A stretch of 64,000 bases of DNA from an uncultured Bacteroidales bacterium (GTDB lineage: Bacteria; Bacteroidota; Bacteroidia; Bacteroidales; Bacteroidaceae), in contig CADAGO010000018.1 in NCBI GenBank assembly GCA_902787555.1, forward strand, positions 9,444-73,443, read 5' to 3'. Below the pieces are notes generated by a model, which made no database searches, was not told the origin of the DNA, and worked only from the letters and a program-made list of their open reading frames with translations. Both the position numbers and the translations under genes were made by a program. Below are positions 19,881 to 26,381 of the stretch, one piece after another (the stretch's first letter is position 1; every line of letters begins with the position of its first letter).

Positions 19881-21076
19881 CGAAGCTTTCTTTCCTTCTC
19901 AGCCTGCGACGCCACTATAAAATCAAGCTCGTTGGTGCGTTGTTGCTCAGTATCGGCATCATCGCTGCCAGTTATTTCATTGGCAATAGCGATATACCGA
20001 TGCCTGATGAGATGAAAGTGTTGCGAACGTTCGATCGTTTCATGAAGTTCAGTGGTCAGTATGAAGATAATCTGCCTGACAGCATTTTGTTGGTAAACGT
20101 ATGCTACGACAAGCAGTTGGTTGACTATGCTATCCATGATATCCCAGTAGGACAGTTTGTAATTACTGACCGTGAGAAACTCTTACGGTTTCTTACAGCT
20201 GCATGCGAGGCCGACAACTATCGCTACATCATGATGGATGTGTTCTTTGAACATAACATAGAGAGTCCGCAAGACTCTGCTCTGTTTGCTACCATCAGAA
20301 AGATGAACCGCATTGTTGTTGCCAATCATGTCGACTCCCATCTTTCCGATACGCTGTTGAAGCAGAAATCGGCATACGCTGACTATACCGTGAGCTGGAA
20401 AGTTACCAAATTCGCACATTTCCAGTTCTTACGTGAGGGTAACGAACCTACGATGCCATTGCGAATGTTTGAGGACCTAGCAGGAAAGCCCATCAAGAAG
20501 TGGGGACCCTTCTATTTCTGCGATGGGCGTCTTTGCAAGAACGCCATCACGCTCAATCTGCCAATCCGTGTGGAAGATGACTACAACATAGAAACCCCTA
20601 ATATGCTGGAGAAACGGTATGAGTTTCTTGGAGCAGACATTTTAGCTCATGATAGTATTTATCCTATCTCCATGCAGTTGGAAGACAAGATTGTCGTTAT
20701 CGGAGACTTTACGACCGACGTCCACGATACTTATCTCGGTCCTCAGCCAGGTTCGCTGATTTGCATCAATGCCTATCATGCGCTGCAACAAGGCGACCAC
20801 TACTTCCATTGGGGGTGGGCATTCGTTCAGTTTATTATCTATTTCATCATCGGATATTTCTTGATGAGTCGCCTCACGTTTGCAAGAATGATGCCAAATA
20901 TTTTCCTCCGCATGCTGTTCTTCATTTTCAGTGTGCCTTCCATCCTGCTCGTTGTGGCCCTCATTGCCTATGTCACGACAGGTTATGTGTACAACATGTA
21001 CATTCCTACTTTCCTCTATTGGATTTATCAATTTATCTATAACACATATAGAAAAGCAAAAATGAGCCAAAAATGA
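19877..21076 (+). CDS. CHASE2-like membrane sensor protein without output domain (operon gene 4)
   Basis: 399-aa ORF with an N-terminal TM helix. CHASE2-like blocks are ITDREKLLRFL, YIMMDVFFE and DKIVVIGDFTTDVHDTYLGPQPGSLICINAYHALQ. Three C-terminal TM helices follow and the protein ends about 10 aa later. ATGA overlaps occur at both gene ends. Confidence 0.6.
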   Translation: MTKLSFLLSLRRHYKIKLVGALLLSIGIIAASYFIGNSDIPMPDEMKVLRTFDRFMKFSGQYEDNLPDSILLVNVCYDKQLVDYAIHDIPVGQFVITDREKLLRFLTAACEADNYRYIMMDVFFEHNIESPQDSALFATIRKMNRIVVANHVDSHLSDTLLKQKSAYADYTVSWKVTKFAHFQFLREGNEPTMPLRMFEDLAGKPIKKWGPFYFCDGRLCKNAITLNLPIRVEDDYNIETPNMLEKRYEFLGADILAHDSIYPISMQLEDKIVVIGDFTTDVHDTYLGPQPGSLICINAYHALQQGDHYFHWGWAFVQFIIYFIIGYFLMSRLTFARMMPNIFLRMLFFIFSVPSILLVVALIAYVTTGYVYNMYIPTFLYWIYQFIYNTYRKAKMSQK

Positions 21077-21726
21077 AAATGCATTGTTTTATTTTATTAA
21101 TTTTTACGTTTTTCAATTCTTCAATTCTTCGTGCCGACGATTACAAGATATTGTATACCAACAGCAAAGATGTCCTTGTAGATGGTAAGAAAGTGCAGGT
21201 GGGTGCTACTTTCAATGATAAGTCAGTCATCACTTGGGCTAAGGACGTAGAACGTCAAGCCATTAAGGCTGTGAACACCAAAACCAACAAGATGTGCTTG
21301 TTCGTGTCGCAGTCTCTGGAAAAGAATTCTCTCACTGCCCTCGAGATTCTCACCGCAAACAAACACCTGTCCACTCATGCCGCCTATCAGGAAGGTCAGG
21401 ACATCAGCATCCCAATCAAGTTGCGTAAGTCTTTCGAAGAGAATTACGAACTGCTTGATACGCTGGTAATCGATACCAATGTGAAACTCCCGCCATCGTT
21501 ATCCCTCATCGCTACCTATACGTATGGTGATGCACGCGTTTCGAAGACTCTTAAGACCGAAAACGGTCAAGTCATTATCGACCGAAAGTTGTTCAGCATC
21601 GATGGTAAGGCACTTCAGCCACGTGATGTTACCCTCAATCTTGACCTCTACAATAAAGATGATGGTATGTACACTTTCATCAAGGCAGATGTCCAACTTA
21701 TGGTCATCCCCGAAACAGCAAAGTAA
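21073..21726 (+). CDS. Small secreted protein of unknown function (operon gene 5)
   Basis: 217-aa ORF with signal peptide MKMHCFILLIFTFFNSSILRA. An ATGA overlap links it to the CHASE2-like gene. I recognise no family. Confidence 0.6.
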   Translation: MKMHCFILLIFTFFNSSILRADDYKILYTNSKDVLVDGKKVQVGATFNDKSVITWAKDVERQAIKAVNTKTNKMCLFVSQSLEKNSLTALEILTANKHLSTHAAYQEGQDISIPIKLRKSFEENYELLDTLVIDTNVKLPPSLSLIATYTYGDARVSKTLKTENGQVIIDRKLFSIDGKALQPRDVTLNLDLYNKDDGMYTFIKADVQLMVIPETAK

Positions 21727-21798
21727 GTTGCATCACTTTATTCGTTTTTTCTACACCTTGTCAACGATACAAATAGAGCATAAACTTGAACAATAGAT

Positions 21799-22890
21799 AT
21801 GAATAAATTATTAACAGCTATGTTGATGTGCAGTATGTTTGCTGCATGCACTAACTATGAACAAACTACAAACGACAATATGGAACAAACAGTGAACAAT
21901 CCCATCCCAGGTACAGATGGAAATAAGTATGTGCCTTATGAGCAACGTACAGGCAATGAGTCTGTGGTTTATTTTACCCGTAGTCTCTCAGCTGAAGGCC
22001 TTATCAAAGCCTATGAACAGGTATGTGAGAATATCTCTGGACGTGTGGGCGTAAAACTCCATACCGGAGAGCAGAATGGACCCAATATCATCCCGCGTGA
22101 ATGGGTAAAGGAACTGATGCAGAAAGATCTACCCGATGCTAACATCATCGAGACAAATACCTATTATGAGGGTGATCGCTATACGACCGAACAGCATCGT
22201 AAGACGTTGGAAGTGAATGGTTGGACGTTCTGTCCGGTTGACATTATGGACGAGCAAGACACAACAACAATTCCTGTTGTTGGCGGTAAGTGGTTTAAGA
22301 AGATGGCTGTCGGGTCACATCTTGTCAACTATGATGCAATGGTGGCACTTACTCATTTCAAAGGGCATACGATGGGTGGTTTCGGTGGTTCAAACAAGAA
22401 TATCGGTATCGGATGTGCCGATGGACGTATTGGAAAAGCTTGGATACATACCGTGAAGGGGTCGGACGATCAGTGGTCTATTGCCGAGGAAGAGTTTATG
22501 GAACGTATGACAGAATCCACAAAAGCCACAATCGATTTCTTTGGCAAGAAGGTAACTTATGTGAATGTGATGCGTAACATGTCTGTCTCTTGCGACTGCG
22601 AGGGTTTGGCTGCAGAGCCGGTTGTTACACCCGATGTCGGTATCCTCTCCTCAACAGATATTCTTGCTATTGATCAGGCTTGCGTTGATCTTATCTATGC
22701 GATGACTGCCGAGGAACACCACGATATGGTGGAGCGTATTGAGAGCCGACACGGTCTGCGCCAGCTGTCATATATGAAGGAGTTGGGCATGGGTAATAAC
22801 CGTTACATCCTCATCGATCTCGACAATGACGGAAAGAGAATTACTGCGGCAGAAGCAGTCAAAGGTCTCAAACCATTTGTCGCTAAATAA
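21799..22890 (+). CDS. DUF362-like lipoprotein
   Basis: 363-aa ORF with signal peptide plus lipobox (MFAAC). Blocks VKLHTGEQNG, LTHFKGHTMGGFGGSNKNIGIGCADGRIGKAWIH and SCDCEG...GILSSTDILAIDQACVDL resemble DUF362 (from memory). Confidence 0.55.
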   Translation: MNKLLTAMLMCSMFAACTNYEQTTNDNMEQTVNNPIPGTDGNKYVPYEQRTGNESVVYFTRSLSAEGLIKAYEQVCENISGRVGVKLHTGEQNGPNIIPREWVKELMQKDLPDANIIETNTYYEGDRYTTEQHRKTLEVNGWTFCPVDIMDEQDTTTIPVVGGKWFKKMAVGSHLVNYDAMVALTHFKGHTMGGFGGSNKNIGIGCADGRIGKAWIHTVKGSDDQWSIAEEEFMERMTESTKATIDFFGKKVTYVNVMRNMSVSCDCEGLAAEPVVTPDVGILSSTDILAIDQACVDLIYAMTAEEHHDMVERIESRHGLRQLSYMKELGMGNNRYILIDLDNDGKRITAAEAVKGLKPFVAK

Positions 22891-22892
22891 CA

Positions 22893-23483
22893 ATGACAAC
22901 ACGCGACGAATTAGCGCAAAACCCTGCTTTGCAGGACGAGTTGCGGCGCATGCAAAGGGGGGAACCGTATGATGCACATACCCCCGAGATGTATGCTTGG
23001 CGTGACGAGGTGAAAAAACTGCTTCGGCGACTCAATATCACAGAATACCATGAGCCTACGATGCGAGATATCATTCACGAACTGCTACCCAATGCAGCTC
23101 CCGATATTTATGTTGAACCACCTTTCCATTGTGATTACGGCAATCTGATTTTTGCAGGCGAAGGTGTCTTCATCAATTTTGGTTGCTGCATCCTTGATGG
23201 GGGAGGGGTCTATATCGGTCGCAAGACACTGATAGCTCCAGGGGTAAGTATCTTCACAGCAGAACATCCGTTAAATGCTGATGACCGTGATAAGTGGGAG
23301 ACATGTCGTCCTGTCCATATCGGAGAACGATGTTGGATAGGAGGTAATGTCACGATCTGTCCTGGTGTTACCATTGGCGACCGTACCGTTATTGGAGCGG
23401 GGGCGGTTGTAGTTAAAGATATACCAGCCGATTGCCTTGCAGTAGGTAACCCGGCTAAGGTTATCAGACGGTTAAATGTTTAG
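22893..23483 (+). CDS. maa: Sugar O-acetyltransferase (maltose/galactoside acetyltransferase family, left-handed beta-helix)
   Basis: 196-aa ORF. It has the N-terminal Mac-type segment (MQRGEPYDAHTPEM) and hexapeptide repeats (IGERCWIGGNVTICPGVTIGDRTVIGAGAVV). It starts 2 nt after the previous stop. Confidence 0.8.
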   Translation: MTTRDELAQNPALQDELRRMQRGEPYDAHTPEMYAWRDEVKKLLRRLNITEYHEPTMRDIIHELLPNAAPDIYVEPPFHCDYGNLIFAGEGVFINFGCCILDGGGVYIGRKTLIAPGVSIFTAEHPLNADDRDKWETCRPVHIGERCWIGGNVTICPGVTIGDRTVIGAGAVVVKDIPADCLAVGNPAKVIRRLNV

Positions 23484-23505
23484 AATAGGTAATTCAGAAA
23501 GTTTA

Positions 23506-24864
23506 ATGAAAAGATTACTTACCATACTCATTATTTTGCAAGGGTGGACTCAGCTATGGGCTGATGGCTATGACATAGAGTCAGCTACAGATGCAGTTAG
23601 AAACATGCGTCTGGGATGGAATTTGGGCAACACCCTCGATAGCAATTCGGGTGACGTAGATAATATGTGGATAGAACGTTGGACGAGTCGTACTCCAACC
23701 GACTACGAGAAGGCATGGGGACAAGTGCCTACCACACAGGAACTTGTCAACATGATGCGTGATGCTGGTATCAATGCCATCCGTGTGCCCGTGACTTGGT
23801 ATCCCCACATGGTGAAGACATGGGTAATGATTGACAACAGTACGACATGGAATCAAGAGAAGGCTCCCATAGTTCAGTATATGAATGCAGCGTGGATGCG
23901 TAGAGTGAAGCAGACGGTAGACTATATCATCAATGCTGGTATGTATTGTGTATTGAATGTCCATCACGACACAGGAGCAGCAAATACCGCGTGGATACGT
24001 GCCAGCATGGACAACTATAATCGTAATCGCGAACTGTACGAATGGCTGTGGACACGCATTGCTGAAGAATTCAAGGACTATGATGAGCATCTGATTTTCG
24101 AAGGATATAATGAAATGCTCGACGAGAAGGGTTCCTGGTGCTTTGCTACATTTAGCTACCCAGGGAACTATAATGCAGATGCTGCTAACGATGCGTATGA
24201 TGCCATCAACCATTATGCTCAGTCATTTGTCAGTGCAGTGAGAGCTACAGGTGGCAACAATGCAATGCGTAACCTCATGGTGAATACTTATGCTGCAAGT
24301 AATGGTGACGGTAATTGGAATACACACCTTAAAGATCCGCTCACCAAGATGAAGTTACCCGCCGATTCTGTCGAGGACCATCTTATGTTCCAAGTGCATT
24401 ATTATCCTAATTTTAAGACATTAGCTGAAGGGAAGAGTAGTGTCAACAGCCTCTGTAGTTTACTCAAGAGCAGATTGGTATCAAAGGGCGCACCGGTTGT
24501 CATTGGTGAATGGGGCGCAGCAGAGGATAGCCAAGTAGGATATGGCAAACAAAATGATATATTCCTTCAGTGGGCTAAGTATTTCGTGAGTCGTACTAAG
24601 GCCAACGATATAGGCACATTTCTGTGGATGGGACTTAGTGATGGCAATGCGCGTAGTGTGCCTGAGTTCAGTCAACCAGACCTGCTCGATGCTATTGTCA
24701 AGGGATTTTATGGCGATGAAGGATATATAAGTGCCATTGAAAAACCGGAATTAAACATTCCTGCCATTGAATCCGTTTACACGCTGAACGGCACGAGGAT
24801 TTACTCACATCCCCATCCGCATGGCATTTATATACAAGGAGGAAAAACAATTGTGATAAAGTGA
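23506..24864 (+). CDS. Glycoside hydrolase family 5 enzyme with T9SS C-terminal sorting domain
   Basis: The ORF track starts at 23476; I trimmed it to the ATG at 23506 (MKRLLTILIILQGW is a signal peptide). Motifs: GWNLGNTLD, FEGYNEMLD (acid/base Glu) and VIGEWGA (nucleophile Glu). The tail VYTLNGTRIYSHPHPHGIYIQGGKTIVIK is CTD-like. Confidence 0.8.
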   Translation: MKRLLTILIILQGWTQLWADGYDIESATDAVRNMRLGWNLGNTLDSNSGDVDNMWIERWTSRTPTDYEKAWGQVPTTQELVNMMRDAGINAIRVPVTWYPHMVKTWVMIDNSTTWNQEKAPIVQYMNAAWMRRVKQTVDYIINAGMYCVLNVHHDTGAANTAWIRASMDNYNRNRELYEWLWTRIAEEFKDYDEHLIFEGYNEMLDEKGSWCFATFSYPGNYNADAANDAYDAINHYAQSFVSAVRATGGNNAMRNLMVNTYAASNGDGNWNTHLKDPLTKMKLPADSVEDHLMFQVHYYPNFKTLAEGKSSVNSLCSLLKSRLVSKGAPVVIGEWGAAEDSQVGYGKQNDIFLQWAKYFVSRTKANDIGTFLWMGLSDGNARSVPEFSQPDLLDAIVKGFYGDEGYISAIEKPELNIPAIESVYTLNGTRIYSHPHPHGIYIQGGKTIVIK

Positions 24865-24883
24865 ACCGTCAGATGGTTGATGT

Positions 24884-25072
24884 ATGAAAAAGAATAAACG
24901 AAAAGTACTTAACAGTATCAACCTCGATGCCATCAAAGCGATGCACAAGGGGGGACGAGAGGCAGAGCAGCAACTGCTTGGCCCTGGTTTCCATTCCTTT
25001 AGCAGAGTACATCAGTCTAAGAAAACATATACCCGGAAAACGAAACATAAACACAGTCAAGAAGATATTTAA
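24884..25072 (+). CDS. Possible small basic protein (62 aa), unverified
   Basis: It has an ATG start and encodes MKKNKRKVLNSINLDAIKAMHKGGREAEQQLLG...KKTYTRKTKHKHSQEDI, which is very basic. It ends 11 nt before the HD-domain gene. I recognise no homolog and an alternative overlapping ORF exists at 24927..25115. Confidence 0.3.
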   Translation: MKKNKRKVLNSINLDAIKAMHKGGREAEQQLLGPGFHSFSRVHQSKKTYTRKTKHKHSQEDI

Positions 25073-25083
25073 CAAAAACAGTC

Positions 25084-25740
25084 ATGACGGAAAACGACTT
25101 TCAAAAATATATTGAGAAGTATGCCCAAGAGATTCAGGGCATCAAAGAGAGTGCTCATTCGCTACATGCAAGTGTCAACCAAACCTATGACAACGTGCGT
25201 CCATATAGTTTCCATTTAGATATGGTCACAGAAAGTGTGTATAAGTATGGTCACTGTGTCTGCGAGTGTGAGCAGGATGTATTGCCGTTGTTCTTTGGTG
25301 CATATTATCATGACAGCATTGAAGATGCACGGTTGACATATAACGATGTGAAGAAGATAGCCCTTCAATATATGAATGAAAAGCAGGCATTCATGGCTGC
25401 AGAGATTGTCTATGCCCTTACCAACGATAAGGGACGTACGCGTGAGGAGCGAGCAGGTGAAAAATACTATCAGGGTATTCGTGAAACACCTTACGCTCCG
25501 TTTGTGAAACTGGCTGACCGATTGGCAAACATAACCTATTCATTCAAAAACCACAACGACGATAATGTGCACATGGCGCATGTATATCGTCAAGAACTTC
25601 CCCATTTCCTGGATGCGATTGATGCGCATAGCGATGATGTGCGATTCCACCTGCCTGAAACGATGTTGGAGGAAATAAACAAATTGGTACATTCCGTCAA
25701 TCAGGAAAAGTCAAACGCTCACTTATCTCTAAGCTTTTAA
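25084..25740 (+). CDS. HD-domain phosphohydrolase (RelA/SpoT-hydrolase-like)
   Basis: 218-aa ORF with a His...HD...D pattern: FHLDMV, YYHDSIEDARLTY and LADRLANI. Confidence 0.7.
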   Translation: MTENDFQKYIEKYAQEIQGIKESAHSLHASVNQTYDNVRPYSFHLDMVTESVYKYGHCVCECEQDVLPLFFGAYYHDSIEDARLTYNDVKKIALQYMNEKQAFMAAEIVYALTNDKGRTREERAGEKYYQGIRETPYAPFVKLADRLANITYSFKNHNDDNVHMAHVYRQELPHFLDAIDAHSDDVRFHLPETMLEEINKLVHSVNQEKSNAHLSLSF

Positions 25741-25758
25741 ATATAGGTGTTCAAAACT

Positions 25759-25814
25759 TGAATCGATTCATTCGATCGATTGAATCGATTCAATGGATGA
25801 GTTGAATCGATTCA
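25759..25814. repeat. Three perfect 12-bp palindromes TGAATCGATTCA at exact 22-bp spacing
   Basis: Copies lie at 25759-25770, 25781-25792 and 25803-25814. The first two, with the central tcgatcga, form a 36-bp palindrome (25758-25793) with one mismatched position pair (17 of 18 pairs). The array starts 19 nt after the HD-gene stop. Confidence 0.85.
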
Positions 25815-25856
25815 GATTTCTCACAGTATAAATTCCCCCTATAATGAGCCTTTGAA

Positions 25857-25944
25857 ACAACACCGTTGTCATGCCCTTCCTATGCCGTTGTATTAATCAT
25901 CATACGCCGTTGTTTTGTGTTCCTTATGCCGTGCCTTCCCCTCT
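25857..25944. repeat. Four 22-bp degenerate direct repeats with core YRCCGTTGT
   Basis: The rows are acaacaCCGTTGTcatgccctt, cctatgCCGTTGTattaatcat, catacgCCGTTGTtttgtgttc and cttatgCCGTGcCttcccctct. The core recurs at 25863, 25885, 25907 and 25929. Confidence 0.7.
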
Positions 25945-26004
25945 CTATTTACCTTGATAAGAAAAAAACATTACGAATTATTTGGAAAAAGAGATTTTTC
26001 TTTG

Positions 26005-26012
26005 TATCTTTG
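26005..26012 (+). promoter_or_regulatory. Orphan -7 promoter box TATCTTTG with no ORF behind it
   Basis: tatctttg matches TAnnTTTG, and a TTTG lies at 25981-25984 near the expected -33 position. The nearest downstream CDS starts 370 nt away and has its own -7 box. Confidence 0.4.
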
Positions 26013-26063
26013 TGGTGAAATTACGCATACTATTCCCATTTCACTATTATAAGTTCGAGGGTA

Positions 26064-26101
26064 GACGGCTAAAGGCAGACGGTCGTCCGCCTTTAGCCGT
26101 C
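26064..26101. repeat. 38-bp near-perfect palindrome
   Basis: The outer 13-bp arms of gacggctaaaggc-a-gacg-gt-cgtc-c-gcctttagccgtc are perfect. The inner 4-bp arms are perfect after one A:C mismatch. Confidence 0.8.
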
Positions 26102-26142
26102 CGACTGGATGGCTATAGTCATCCGACCGGATGACTATAGTC
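26099..26142. repeat. Two 22-bp direct repeats that also form a 13-bp-stem hairpin, followed by CCCTTTTG
   Basis: gtccgactggatggctatagtc and atccgaccggatgactatagtc are direct repeats. Stem ctatagtcatccg (26113-26125) pairs with cggatgactatag (26128-26140). Confidence 0.75.
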
Positions 26143-26257
26143 CCTTTTGAATTAGCTGAATGTCCCAGTGCAATTTAGACTTTAGTTGATAGACGCAAGT
26201 TCTTAGCAAAGTTAAAGAAGTGAGTGGGCTTTGCTCGTGTAAGTCAGTTCATCCATC

Positions 26258-26304
26258 TTTTTTCTGCTTTTTTCTGCTTTTTTCTGCTTTTTTTGCCTTT
26301 TTCC
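26258..26304. repeat. 10-bp tandem repeat (ttttttctgc x3, then tttttttgcc and tttttcc): helically phased T-tracts
   Basis: Exact 10-bp period, ending 34 nt upstream of the -7 box at 26338. Confidence 0.85.
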
Positions 26305-26337
26305 TAAAAAAAATCACTTTTTTTCATTGACATTTTG

Positions 26338-26345
26338 TACCTTTG
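26338..26345 (+). promoter_or_regulatory. -7 promoter box TACCTTTG for the first MG2-like gene
   Basis: tacctttg matches TAnnTTTG. It lies 37 nt upstream of the ATG at 26382 and overlaps the ORF-track TTG start at 26343. Confidence 0.45.
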
Positions 26346-26381
26346 TGCGTTATATTGATAGTAAGCCATAATAAAAAATCA

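Noticed and set aside
23581-24213. 210-aa minus-strand ORF inside the GH5 gene, and the similar 18884..19417 ORF (177 aa) across the operon gene 2/3 junction
   Set aside because: Both are antisense to better-supported frames: GH5 catalytic motifs in one case, and the paralogous transglutaminase-like domains in the other. Neither has a signal or motif of its own.
25741-26345. Possibility of a Bacteroides-type invertible (phase-variable) promoter
   Set aside because: I looked for inverted repeats flanking the two promoter boxes. The best pair, ttcaaaac near 25751 and cttttgaa near 26144, is only about 7 bp. No recombinase gene is nearby, so the evidence is insufficient.
25741-26381. Possibility that the repeat-dense region is a CRISPR array
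   Set aside because: The repeat units are only 10-22 bp with 10-bp or no spacers, several different motifs are involved, and no cas genes are in the window. It is not CRISPR-like.
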